A DNA stretch of 38,960 nt from an uncultured archaeon. GTDB taxonomy: Archaea; Nanobdellota; Nanobdellia; Woesearchaeales; CAIVOO01. The translations under genes and the position numbers were made by a program. Below the pieces are notes generated by a model that saw nothing but the letters and a program-made list of their open reading frames with translations, was not told the origin of the DNA and did no database searches. Positions 15,658 through 26,200 of this stretch are shown in pieces; the first letter of the stretch is position 1, and each line of letters opens with the position of its first letter. Where the stretch lies: positions 1 through 38,960 of the forward strand of contig CAIMOB010000038.1 in NCBI GenBank assembly GCA_903842985.1, read 5' to 3'.

Positions 15658-17696
15658 TATACCTCTGGCTGTGTCAGTTGCAGGAACATGAGGAATACTA
15701 TATTTAATATTGGAATGACGATATAGGATCCTACAACAACAAGGGTGTCAACAGGCAGTCCTGCCACTGTTCCTCCAAGCAAGCTTATCATGGATAATGC
15801 TGCTATGAAGAAAAGCGGTGCAGCAATAAGTATTCCTGTATAAATATCTGAATAGGTCGAAATTGTTTCCTCATATTTTGACCTCTCGAGCTCATACTCT
15901 GTCATCGCCTCTTCAGATTTCTCGCTCATGTATGTCTTAAGGTCGCCGCCGCTCTCTATTGTGCTCACCATACCGTCAATGAATTCCTTAAATGTGGGGG
16001 AAGGTGTTGTCAGCGCAATTGTCTTAAGGGCGGTGACAAAGTCATAGCCAAATATATTTATGTATTCAACCACCTTGTTTACTTCAACTGATATCTCCCC
16101 GTATTCCTCTGATTCTGCAATCAATTCAAACATCTTAGTGGGAGGAACTCCTGAAGATGCAACAGCAGCCATGTGATTTATTGCGAAAGGCAGATTTGTC
16201 CTTATGTTTCTTCTTCTCTGCTTTATCTTGCTGAAGGGATAGCCATAAAATGAAATAAACGAAATTGTGGTTGTGAGTATTGTAAGCAGCAGCGATTTGA
16301 ATAGCACAAGAAAAAAGGGATTGCCAAGGGCTGAAAATAAAAAGAGGAAAAGCACAAATGAAACAATTGATACAGTCATTGATACAAATACCATTATGTT
16401 GACGTATGTATTGGCAAGCATCTGTATGTTTGCAAGTCTCAGTGCATTGTAAAGATACTTGAAGAAATCAGGAAATGTGTCAATCAGGAAAATGCTTATT
16501 CTTTTGACAAATATGTTCGCAAGCGAGCCCAAAAATGATGGCTTGTAAATTTTTGACAGGGCCCTCGCTTCCAGAAGCTTTCTTATCCTTGATGCCTCCT
16601 CTGCTATCGCTGTCTTGGGTGCAGATTCAGGTGTAACCGGAACAAGTTTTTTCCTTCTTAGCTCAAGCGCCCTTTTCGGAACCTCTGTGCTTTCGGAGAT
16701 GTATGTCATCTCTTTTATCCCGAAAAACTTTTTAACCATGCTTATTATATACTCGCTTGTAGAAACAAACCTTCTTTTTTCTTTTTCCAGGGCTGTGGGC
16801 CTGGGCACCTTTGGTCTTCTGGGAACCTTTCCAAACAAAACCTTGAAAAAGCTTATCAAAACAAATTCTTTTTTAAGCTTCGATGCCGGTTTTTCGATTT
16901 TGGGAGGCGCTTCAATCTTCTGGGGTGCTGATTTTTCGATTTTAACCATAACTTGCTTTGCTTCAGAAGGTTTAATCTCGGGAATTTTTTTAACTTCAAT
17001 CGGCTTGATTGCAGGAACAGTTATTTTTTCTTCTCTTCTTCTTTTTGTGAATATCTTCCTGACTGACTCTTTTATCCTGCTGAAAATTCCTGCAAACGCA
17101 GAAGGCTTCTTCATTTCAGGAACATGTATCTCTTTCAGCTGGATATGATATTCCTTCGGGACAAATTTAATGTGCGGCATTTCTGTCTTGATTTTCTCAA
17201 GATGAAGTCGCTCATAGGGCAATAGTATTGGTTTAGTGGTGGCTTCTTTCGGCGGCGCAGGCAGCCTGATTTGCTTCCTGCTGGACCACGAAAACCACCT
17301 TTTCTTTTCCTGCGGTCTTCTGGTTGCAGCTGCCTCTGCAATTATTTCGCGCGTCGGTATTCTCATTCCTGTCTCTTTTGCCGCAAACTCAGATATCTTT
17401 TCAAGATATTCCCTGTCTTTGGAGGTTTCGTAGAATATTTTTGCATTAAGCAGCTCTATTTTCTTAAGCAGGGAATAAATGTAAGAATTGTATCCGGCAA
17501 TCCACTCCCTTTTTGATTTTCCCTTAAGAAGCTGAGCAAGCTTTTTTTTGTACTCAAAATAGCTGTATTTCCCGCCCTGGTATTCATCAAACAGGGTGGT
17601 TGAATTCTTTATCAGGCTGTCCTTGTAGTGCTCGTAAAGCTCTACTTCGCGCAGCAGTTCAAGCACATTTCTGACATCAGACTTTATGTTCTTCAT
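15657..17696 (-). CDS. Type II secretion system F / TadB-FlaJ-like protein with long N-terminal extension
   Basis: C-terminal NLPFAINHMAAVASSG, EYGEISVEV, TPSPTFKEFIDGMVSTIESGGDL plus TM helices; ~380-aa soluble K/E/P-rich N-terminus. Confidence 0.87.
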   Translation of the reverse strand: MKNIKSDVRNVLELLREVELYEHYKDSLIKNSTTLFDEYQGGKYSYFEYKKKLAQLLKGKSKREWIAGYNSYIYSLLKKIELLNAKIFYETSKDREYLEKISEFAAKETGMRIPTREIIAEAAATRRPQEKKRWFSWSSRKQIRLPAPPKEATTKPILLPYERLHLEKIKTEMPHIKFVPKEYHIQLKEIHVPEMKKPSAFAGIFSRIKESVRKIFTKRRREEKITVPAIKPIEVKKIPEIKPSEAKQVMVKIEKSAPQKIEAPPKIEKPASKLKKEFVLISFFKVLFGKVPRRPKVPRPTALEKEKRRFVSTSEYIISMVKKFFGIKEMTYISESTEVPKRALELRRKKLVPVTPESAPKTAIAEEASRIRKLLEARALSKIYKPSFLGSLANIFVKRISIFLIDTFPDFFKYLYNALRLANIQMLANTYVNIMVFVSMTVSIVSFVLFLFLFSALGNPFFLVLFKSLLLTILTTTISFISFYGYPFSKIKQRRRNIRTNLPFAINHMAAVASSGVPPTKMFELIAESEEYGEISVEVNKVVEYINIFGYDFVTALKTIALTTPSPTFKEFIDGMVSTIESGGDLKTYMSEKSEEAMTEYELERSKYEETISTYSDIYTGILIAAPLFFIAALSMISLLGGTVAGLPVDTLVVVGSYIVIPILNIVFLMFLQLTQPEV

Positions 17697-17905
17697 GGTT
17701 TGTCTTTTATTTCTGTTGTTCTCACAAGCCTCCTGCTCTCTGCTGTTAACTGAAGAACCTTATTTTTCAGATAATTGTATCTTATCATTGCTTCTTCAGC
17801 TTCGCTGCCGCTGTTTACTCTTTTGCCAAGAAGTTCATCGTACATGTCAGATACTACCAGCAACTTTTCCATGTTTCCCCTCAGCTGTTTTATTGTGTCT
17901 TTCAT
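17693..17905 (-). CDS. Small coiled-coil hypothetical protein
   Basis: ATGA overlaps with both neighbours (translational coupling). Confidence 0.65.
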   Translation of the reverse strand: MKDTIKQLRGNMEKLLVVSDMYDELLGKRVNSGSEAEEAMIRYNYLKNKVLQLTAESRRLVRTTEIKDKP

Positions 17906-18609
17906 GGAGCTGCCTCTGGCGTAGGTGCTGGTGGAGTTACCGGTGCTGGCGCAGGCACTGGTACTGCTGCTGGCGGAGTTGCGGATGCCGGTGCTGTTGG
18001 CATCTGCATCTGCTTTGCCATTTTAACTTCATTCCTGCACATATCCTGTGACATTGTGTTCGCAAGTTGGCTGCACTGGCTTTCATCACCATTCTTTATC
18101 GCCATTCTGTAATGCCAGCTTTCCTTGCAGCTGTCTGCGCGCCCCTCGGGCGCCTGATTGCAAAGCTCGATATTCTCCTGCGCAACCGCAAGCTCAGTTA
18201 CAACTGATGCTGTACAGTCTGTCTTCATTAGCTCCTCGGTGATTTTCTCGCAGTAGCTCTTGTCTTTTTCAGCGAGCGCCTTTGCGCTGTAGATGCTGTT
18301 TGCACAGCTTGTTCTCGCCCATTCTTCGCTCATCTGGCTGCAGAAGCTTTCATCGCGTTTATTCATCGCAGAATCCCTAAGCAGCGAGTCTTTGCAGTTG
18401 ACTTCGCATTTTCCGCAGGTGTTTACACACATTTTATAGTTCTGATACTCAAAACTGTCATTTGTAACGCCTGCAAATTTATCATAGCTTGGCGCTTTAT
18501 TCAATGCTCCCTTCTGCAGGAACTGCAGACCAATTAAAACAAGGCATACAAATGCAAGCACGACAATTGCAACTGTCTTGCCTGTAGATTTTTCTCCTAA
18601 TCCATCCAT
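17902..18609 (-). CDS. Membrane-anchored Cys-pair repeat protein with Pro/Ala-rich tail
   Basis: TM helix; ~28-aa repeats D/N-x-x-x-C-x9/10-C; tail PTAPASATPPAAVPVPAPAP; ATG 18609 preceded by GGGGGG SD. Confidence 0.75.
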   Translation of the reverse strand: MDGLGEKSTGKTVAIVVLAFVCLVLIGLQFLQKGALNKAPSYDKFAGVTNDSFEYQNYKMCVNTCGKCEVNCKDSLLRDSAMNKRDESFCSQMSEEWARTSCANSIYSAKALAEKDKSYCEKITEELMKTDCTASVVTELAVAQENIELCNQAPEGRADSCKESWHYRMAIKNGDESQCSQLANTMSQDMCRNEVKMAKQMQMPTAPASATPPAAVPVPAPAPVTPPAPTPEAAP

Positions 18610-18619
18610 TTTAACCCCC

Positions 18620-20251
18620 CTATAAACCAAATCTTTTCAATACTGATTTTTTATCTTTGTAATAGCTGTTTATTATTTCAGCAACTTCCTTGAATCCTGC
18701 TATTTTCTGGTCAGCCATCTTCTGCAGGAGTTTTTGCCTTATCTTTACTTCTGCTTCAAGCTCGCTGATGGGCGTTCCTGTGTTCTTATTTACTTTTTTC
18801 AGCACAACTGAATTGCCGTTGAACTTGAAATTGTCTTTTGCAGGATCCCATTCAAACAGCTTGTTTGATTTTATCCCTTCCATTCCTCCTCCGGCACTAA
18901 CCTCAATTATCTCAACCATCTCAGTCATTCGCCTGAAGCTTTTTTCAGGCGTCTTTATGTGCGTTGTGACAGCAACAATGTCAAGAGATTCAATTAGAGA
19001 AGCGGGTAATTCGATAGGTGGCGTCTCCAGTCTCTTGACCATTGTTGCAACAGAGCCTGCGTGAAATGTTGCGAGTGATGGGTGGCCTGATGCCATTCCC
19101 TGGAACAAGACAAATGTTTCCTTGCCCCTTGTTTCCCCAAGAATGACATAATCCGGCGCCTGCCTGAATGTTTCCCTCAGCAAATCAAACAATGTTATTT
19201 CGCCGTACTGCTCGCCAAGAACAGTCGGTATTCCGAAGCCCGCCCTTGTGACAGAAGGCAGCCAGTTGATGTGGGGCAGGTTCAATTCGCGCGTATCCTC
19301 AATTGAGCATATTCTTGCTTCAGGCGGTATGAACTGCGATATCGCGTTCATGAATGTTGTCTTGCCTGAGGCTGTTTCCCCGACAGTCATTATGTTCAGC
19401 TTGTGCTCCAGCGCAAACCAGAGGTACGCAACTGAAAGCGCGTCTGCTGTGTTGAACATTATCAAATGTATTGGGGTCCAGGGCTCCTCTGTGAATTTCC
19501 TTATCGTGAATGTCGGGCCTCTTGTCGTGATGTCCTCTGTATAAGTTGCATTGACTCTTGAGCCGTCCGGAAGTGTTCCGTCAAGAAGCGGTTTTGCGTA
19601 TGAGACATACCTTCCTGCACGCTGTGAAAGCTTTTCAACGAAATCTATAAGCTGCTGCCTCTCTTGAAACGTCACGTTTGTCCTTAGGTTTGCATATTTC
19701 CTGTGGACAATGTAAAGCGGAAAGCCGTCGCCGTTGCATTCTATGTCCTCTATGTAATAATCGCGGATCATGGGCTCAATCTCATTCAGCCCGATTGAAT
19801 TCCTGTAAATGTAATACATCAGCTTGTTGTAGGTTTCCTCTGAAACTCTTATTCCAAGCTCGAGCAGTATCGACTGCATGCTCTTCTCAAGGTACTTCAG
19901 TATCGCCGGAGTTGTCTTTGTTTTTACAAAGCTTATGTTTATCATTTCCTCAAGCCCTATCTGGAGAAGCTCGAGAAGCTCTTTTTCAGTGTCAGAAAGC
20001 ACCGGTTCCTCAACAGAATACATAAGCTCCTTGTCTGTTTCATCCCAATAAATGTGGGCAAATGAGTAAGGCGGAATCAGCGGGTATCTTATGTCTATTT
20101 TTGTTTTATCTTCTGTTTCAGGAAGTGTTATTATCTTGGGTCTTAAATCAATGTAGAACGTGCTTGTTGATTTTTCCTCTTCTTTTGGCGCTTCTGCAGC
20201 TAAAGCTGGCGCTTTTGCAATCATTCCTTTACCTAAAAACCGTAGTGCCAC
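18620..20251 (-). CDS. Type IV pilus/type II secretion assembly ATPase (FlaI/TadA/VirB11 family)
   Basis: IEDIECNG, LPDGSRV, FTIRKF, Walker A GETASGKTT, SIEDTREL, Walker B VILGETRG, GHPSLATFHA. Confidence 0.93.
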   Translation of the reverse strand: MALRFLGKGMIAKAPALAAEAPKEEEKSTSTFYIDLRPKIITLPETEDKTKIDIRYPLIPPYSFAHIYWDETDKELMYSVEEPVLSDTEKELLELLQIGLEEMINISFVKTKTTPAILKYLEKSMQSILLELGIRVSEETYNKLMYYIYRNSIGLNEIEPMIRDYYIEDIECNGDGFPLYIVHRKYANLRTNVTFQERQQLIDFVEKLSQRAGRYVSYAKPLLDGTLPDGSRVNATYTEDITTRGPTFTIRKFTEEPWTPIHLIMFNTADALSVAYLWFALEHKLNIMTVGETASGKTTFMNAISQFIPPEARICSIEDTRELNLPHINWLPSVTRAGFGIPTVLGEQYGEITLFDLLRETFRQAPDYVILGETRGKETFVLFQGMASGHPSLATFHAGSVATMVKRLETPPIELPASLIESLDIVAVTTHIKTPEKSFRRMTEMVEIIEVSAGGGMEGIKSNKLFEWDPAKDNFKFNGNSVVLKKVNKNTGTPISELEAEVKIRQKLLQKMADQKIAGFKEVAEIINSYYKDKKSVLKRFGL

Positions 20252-20320
20252 CTATCTTACACCTCTTTTGTATAGAATATTTAAAAAGTATTTATTAACT
20301 TTTCGTACATTAATCAAATA

Positions 20321-21052
20321 TTAGATAATTGGCTGTGCTTCTACTATCAAGTAGTCAGCTTCAGAATCAAGCGTGAAAACAAGGTCATACTCTTTGTCAA
20401 ATGTTGAATTTTTTACATGAACTGTTACAGTCGAATAGCCCAGGTAGTTCCCTGTTTTGCCGATTTCAGAGTAGCCAGTATCTAATGATGATGCTGACCC
20501 ATCCTCACCATTGACATAGAATTTGAAAAGACGGGTTGACGGCGATGCAACCTCTGTCTCCGTATCCTGCGTCTTGTAATAAATATAATTAATTATCTGG
20601 TCGGAAGTGAAATTTGTGTAGTTGTTTTCTGAGCCAAGCCTTGAGAAATTAACTTTGATGATTGAATTTTCAAGAATGAATGAATTGTTATATTCTGCTG
20701 CGCTGACCTCTGCGTTTGCTGTTACCAGCACATTCCCAAGCTCATTCTGTGTTCTCGGCTCCAATATATCTGCCTTTGTATCCATCTCCCACTTCAATAC
20801 ATTGTCCGCAACTGTTAATGTTCCTTTGTAAACTTCTATTGGTATCATGCGCTGGGAGCCCTTGCCCTCAAGGCCAACCTCCCTCACCTGCTGGTTTATG
20901 CTCAGGAACGCGTCCTTCATCCTCACAAAAACAGATTTGTCTTTTATGCTGTCCAATACGGGTGTCAGCGCTTCAAGCACAAGCACCATTATGAAAACAG
21001 AAATAAGTATGTAAAGCACTGCTGAAATCCAAACCTGTGATTTTTTGTGCAT
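20321..21052 (-). CDS. Prepilin-like (class III signal) protein
   Basis: MHKKS-QVWISAVLYILISVFIMVLV; many N-glycosylation sequons. Confidence 0.75.
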   Translation of the reverse strand: MHKKSQVWISAVLYILISVFIMVLVLEALTPVLDSIKDKSVFVRMKDAFLSINQQVREVGLEGKGSQRMIPIEVYKGTLTVADNVLKWEMDTKADILEPRTQNELGNVLVTANAEVSAAEYNNSFILENSIIKVNFSRLGSENNYTNFTSDQIINYIYYKTQDTETEVASPSTRLFKFYVNGEDGSASSLDTGYSEIGKTGNYLGYSTVTVHVKNSTFDKEYDLVFTLDSEADYLIVEAQPII

Positions 21053-21092
21053 ATTGCAAGAATAGTTTTCTTCTTTTTATATATCTTTCGCG

Positions 21093-21518
21093 CTATTTTA
21101 AAATGATGCAATCCTTCAAATCGCATTCCTTAACATTATAGGACTGGCATCCTTCAGGGTATATTGTGAATTTATCTTTTATTGTAATGTTGCTTATTTT
21201 TATCTTCCTGTCAACCCTTGCCCTGAAATCCATTTGGGGCGTGTACTTTGTTTCATTGCCTGCGGATACAACAAGCCTTGCGGCCGAGCCTCCGCCGAAT
21301 GATTCGACTCTAAATGCCAGGATATTATCCTCATATGACATCGAATCGCCGACAATCCTGAATGTTATCCCTGCGCACTCGATTGAGGATTTTGATACCT
21401 CCGAGCTGTAGTTCCCGCCAGAAGTTGTTGTCGTATAGCCTAGCACGAATATGAATATTCCTAAAAAGACAAAAAGCGCGAAAAGAAAAAGCGTTATTGT
21501 TATTTTTCTTTCTGGCAT
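21093..21518 (-). CDS. Membrane-anchored pilin-associated protein
   Basis: N-terminal TM helix; SIEC motif echoing the neighbouring pilin heads. Confidence 0.65.
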   Translation of the reverse strand: MPERKITITLFLFALFVFLGIFIFVLGYTTTTSGGNYSSEVSKSSIECAGITFRIVGDSMSYEDNILAFRVESFGGGSAARLVVSAGNETKYTPQMDFRARVDRKIKISNITIKDKFTIYPEGCQSYNVKECDLKDCIILK

Positions 21519-21523
21519 TTCCT

Positions 21524-22033
21524 TCAGTCACATTCGTGGATGTCTGTCTCAACCAGTGAGTTTGAAGGGCATGAAATAATATTGCCTTCAATTTTTATTT
21601 TTGGTATTATATTGATCTGTTCTATTGTTCCTATTTCATCACTATAGTTCAATTCAGCCACTTTGTATACCCTTGAACGCAGTATTGGATTTTTTTCAAG
21701 ATTTATATCTGTTGTGTTGACATCTATAGAACCTATTAAGTTGACCTGAAGATCATAGATATCTGACGTGCCGTCATTTTCAACAAAGAATTCCATGTAC
21801 TTCGGATCTGTTGTGTTTGAATAGCAAAGCCTTTTTTCATCCTTGACCTTCAGAAATTCCAGCTTCACGTCGGTGGTGCACTTGATTTCAGTGTTTGATT
21901 TGTCCTTTGCGAATTTGGCTGTGTCCTCAACATAGGTTCTGCCCCAGTTCATGACAACTGCGCCAAGCGCAACTGCGAATGCTATAAGCAGGACTGTCGC
22001 TATCAGTGGAGATACTGCTTTTTTTGACATCAT
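21524..22033 (-). CDS. Archaeal type IV pilin
   Basis: Canonical KKA-VSPLIATVLLIAFAVALGAVV archaellin/pilin N-terminus. Confidence 0.88.
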   Translation of the reverse strand: MMSKKAVSPLIATVLLIAFAVALGAVVMNWGRTYVEDTAKFAKDKSNTEIKCTTDVKLEFLKVKDEKRLCYSNTTDPKYMEFFVENDGTSDIYDLQVNLIGSIDVNTTDINLEKNPILRSRVYKVAELNYSDEIGTIEQINIIPKIKIEGNIISCPSNSLVETDIHECD

Positions 22034-22323
22034 CTTTTCAGCCCCCTTATTATATCATCAAGCTTTTTTTCCTCTGCCTTCATTGTCCTGACATAAGGAA
22101 CTGTGCCGATTATCAAGGCAAGCAGACCCACAACTATGAGTACGTTAAGCATGTTCTTTGAAATGTATGCGTTGATGAATCCGATAACAGCAACAAACAA
22201 AAAGCAGAAATATATGAAAAGGCTTTTGTTGAGGACAAGCATCGCCTTTTCGCGGTTAAGCCTTGATTTTTCAACCTCAACCTCAATTATCTCCTTTTCT
22301 ATGTTTGAAAGTGTCTTTTTCAC
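22030..22323 (-). CDS. Two-TM membrane protein
   Basis: Charged ends flanking two TM helices; GTG start with GAGGTG SD. Confidence 0.7.
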   Translation of the reverse strand: MKKTLSNIEKEIIEVEVEKSRLNREKAMLVLNKSLFIYFCFLFVAVIGFINAYISKNMLNVLIVVGLLALIIGTVPYVRTMKAEEKKLDDIIRGLKR

Positions 22324-22335
22324 TTTGCACCTCTT

Positions 22336-22815
22336 TTAACAATTCTTTACGTTGCTTATCATTGCCTTCTTTTCCGGGCAGACAATTTCAAGGTCGCCTT
22401 TCGCTGTAACAGGCACAAGTTCTATGTAGCCAACGGAATCAAGCGAGGAAATGTTTGATATGCGCTTCATGCGCGCGGGTTTTATTATTTGTGTGCTTTC
22501 AATCACTTCCCAGTTTGCAAGCGTTGTTAAATTGTCGTATATCCTTAATATTTGTTTTGTAATTCTTAAATTACCTCTGTTAGTTACATTGATATATAAA
22601 TTTATCGGTGTTGAATTGGCCTGGCAGGCCCCATCTATTGAGACTGCAACGCTGTCGCACAATTCTGTGCTGTAATGCCTGTCCTTGATATTCTGCGTTG
22701 TTTCTGTTGTGTAATCCTTCATCCAGTTGTTCAGGAAAATGCTCAATGCCACTGCAAAACCCATCAGCAGTACAAATTCAATCCAAAGTGAAACGCCTTT
22801 TTTATTCATAAACAT
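22336..22815 (-). CDS. Archaeal type IV pilin-like protein
   Basis: NKKG-VSLWIEFVLLMGFAVAL; head motif INVTNRGN. Confidence 0.8.
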   Translation of the reverse strand: MFMNKKGVSLWIEFVLLMGFAVALSIFLNNWMKDYTTETTQNIKDRHYSTELCDSVAVSIDGACQANSTPINLYINVTNRGNLRITKQILRIYDNLTTLANWEVIESTQIIKPARMKRISNISSLDSVGYIELVPVTAKGDLEIVCPEKKAMISNVKNC

Positions 22816-23266
22816 ATACCCTCTTTGCTGTTTTGCTTTCAGTCTTGAATATTGCCTTTATGCTGCCTGCCGGCGCTGAAAAATAATAAATATCCTCGTC
22901 AGTTATTACAGCCACTTTTCCCGTCCTGTTTATGCTGCCTGCTTCATTGTCCTGTAACGGGAGCTGGTTATTTATATTTATTGTTTTCCCGTATGCGTTG
23001 TAAACATAAACTCCTGACTGCGATGAGTAAATTGAAATAAACCTGAAATTCTTGTCTCTTGCTTTTGCAAACTCTGCAAATTTCTGTGTGAAATCCTCAA
23101 ACTTCCCCTGGTTCGCCGCGAACGGAGCCTCTTTCACATAGTTTTTCCACAGCTCGGTGAATTCTTTTTCTGGTTTCACAGTTGATTTTGTTGAAAGGAC
23201 TGTGCCAAACGCCATTGAAATCAGCAGCACTGCAATAATTATGTACATCTGTGATTTTTTGTTCAT
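22802..23266 (-). CDS. Prepilin-like (class III signal) protein
   Basis: MNKKS-QMYIIIAVLLISMA. Confidence 0.7.
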   Translation of the reverse strand: MNKKSQMYIIIAVLLISMAFGTVLSTKSTVKPEKEFTELWKNYVKEAPFAANQGKFEDFTQKFAEFAKARDKNFRFISIYSSQSGVYVYNAYGKTININNQLPLQDNEAGSINRTGKVAVITDEDIYYFSAPAGSIKAIFKTESKTAKRVYVYE

Positions 23267-26200
23267 ATTATCTCTATTGAAACATTCGGCACTCCGTTTG
23301 CCAGCCCGTTGTTCTTTATCACCAGCGTGTATTTTCCCTCCTGCACATAATCTTTTCCGCTAATCAGCAGGTCCGCATAGTTCAAAAGTATGTTTAGTTG
23401 GTATTCATCAGGGTTAAGGTCAAAGCCCATCGATGGGCTGATTTTGTCAAACAATGTCCTGTCTTCAAGCAGTTTGTTTCTCTCGCTAAGGGGCGCTTCG
23501 GGCTTTGTTACGAAAATGAATGTGTCTGAGTCCACTGCACCTGTTACCTTTCCTCCTGCAACAGGTGTTCCGCCTGTGTTTGTGCCTGCGCCGTATTTTG
23601 GATATCTTGAAGTGCCAGGTATCGCGTCTGATGAAGTGCCGTAAACTATTCTTGAATTCGAGACGCTGCAGCCGCTGCATTCTATTGTCAGCTCTGTCAC
23701 ATCAACCCTTGTTTTCGATATTCTCTTGACGTAGATTGTGTTAGACGTTCCGACAGCTGAACCATTAATATAGGCAACTGCATAGATTGAATTTATTCCG
23801 GCAGGTATGGATACGTTATTGAATTCAAACTCCAAATCAACAAGCTTTAATTCAACTGAAACATTGCTTGCAATGCCGTTGACAAACAAAGTCATGTTTG
23901 TCACATTCTGGCTGATTGTTCCTTTCAAATCTATCAAATCTTTTTTTGTCGGTGATTCATGAGGATAGAGCATGACATTGACTGCCCCTGCTGCCACAAT
24001 CGTGAGCTTATAGTGCCTTACAACATAGTTGCCTGCATTATCAAGTGTCTTGAAATGGAACCAGCTTGTTCCCGAAGGAGCTGTTATTGTCATCCCTGTC
24101 GATGATGCAGGAAGCTCTATTGCATTGTCAGGCATTGTTGTCGGATTCGAGTCAATAAGGTAGCTGAAGCCGTAGATGCCCGAAGGCGTGTCAGACGCTG
24201 TCCAGCTGAAGCTCACAGCTGTGCTGTAATAAGTCAGATTTTGATTTGGATGCGTTGAAGACGTAAGTGTTATTGTTGGAGGTATTGTATCAATCTTGAT
24301 TCCGTCGGATAAATCGCTTGCAATTTCTGTTATGTCTGTTGAAAGCTCCCAGGTGTCGTTGAAGCGAGTAGATGTAGGATTGTTGTATCCGCCGAACATC
24401 ACGATTTTATTCCTTGAACTATCAAAGACCATGCCCTGCTGATATCTTCCAAGAGGCCCGTTTGCTGGATTCAATTGTGTCCAGGATGTTCCATCGAACA
24501 GCCAGGTGTCATTTACTGTGTTTCCACTTGATATCAATCCGCCAAAAATCACCACATTTCCTGTCGAGCTGTCAAAAGCTGTTGATTGGGAATAACGCGC
24601 CGCAGGACTTGCCAGATTAATCTTTTTCCAATCTGTGCCGTTGAATTCCCATGTATCACTGAAAAAGTTTGCCGAGCCTCCTGTTTTGTTTATGCCGCCG
24701 AACAAGACGACTTTATTTCTTGAACTGTCAAATTCCATTCCATTATCGCAGTACCTGTTTGGAGGTGAAGTTGCTGTGCTTACGTTAACCCAATTAATTC
24801 CGTCGTATTCCCAGGTTTGGTCAGAACAACTAAGCACGAAAGGACTAAGCGAGACATTCATGCAGCCGCCGAACATCACTATTTTTCCCCTGCTGCTGTC
24901 GTATGTCATTGCAGGACCATTTAATCTTGGCGGATTTGTTGAAGTTGATATCTTTGTCCAGGTTCTTGCAGCAGGACTGTACTCCCAAGTCTCGTTAAGA
25001 CTTTCTTGGGAGATGTCTTGTCCGCCATAAAGAACAACCTTTCCCCTGCTGCTGTCATATGCCATTCCGTAACTGCTGCCTTCCTCTGGTGCGCTGGTTG
25101 TTGTTATTTCAGTCCAGGTGCTTGTGGCAGGATTATATTCCCAAGTGTCATTTTTGAAACCTGCTCCAGTTGTATACCCTCCAAACACAATAATCCTGTT
25201 TCTATTGGAGTCATAAACCATGCCTTGGTTTGTTCTTTTATCTGGCGCACCTATTGTGCTAATATTTTCCCAGCTGTAATCCCCGCTTCCATTGTACATC
25301 TTCACTTCAAATGTGTAATTGTGATTGTTTGTCAATGCCAGTCCTGTTGCATTCACAAACATTGCAGAACTTACACCAGTCCATCCTCTTATGTAGCTTG
25401 ACGCTGTCACATCCTTTATTCTGTAGCTGTAAGTGAAGTTTCCTGCAAGATTAGTTATCCAGTGGGCATACAGCGAGCTGTTGTGATTGCTCCAGTCTCC
25501 CTCGTCGTAAACCGCGAGCGTCGCATTAATCTGTGGCGCTGTCCCGTTCACTGAATAATAAATTGTATCACTGTCTTCTGCGATGTTTCCAGCCTGGTCC
25601 CTCACCTGATAGTAAACTGTCTTGTAGCCATAGCCGCCTGAAAGAACCCACGCCATTGTCGGCATGCATGGAACCCATTCTGTCCACTCGCCAACCTCAT
25701 TCCTATACCTGCAGTCCTTGACAGGAATCTCAATTTTTATTCCTCCTATGTTTGACATCTGCATTGTGCCTCCTGTTGGGCTTGTGTACGTTCCAAAGTT
25801 TCCTGTTGTGATGCTTGCTTCCCAGGTGTCATTATATATTATAGAAGAGCTGGCATTAGTTCCTCCAAAGAGAATTATTTTGTTTCTTACAGGATCAAAG
25901 ACAGAGCCATAAGGACCTGGATTTACTGGAGGCGAGCCAACTGTTGATGCCGGCTCCCAGGTAGTGTCATAGAATTCCCAGGTATCAAAATAGGTCATTG
26001 GACCATAGTCTCCACCTCCGAACATGACTGCCCTGTGCCTGATTGAATCGTACAGAAGCGAAGGCCTTACTCTTGGAAGAGGGTTGTTCACTGTATTAAC
26101 CAGCGCCCAATGATCAGTATACTTGTAGGTCAGGCTTGGGAAATAAATCCAGCCTATTCCGCCAAAAAATAATATTCCATTAATGCTTGGTATGTAATCT

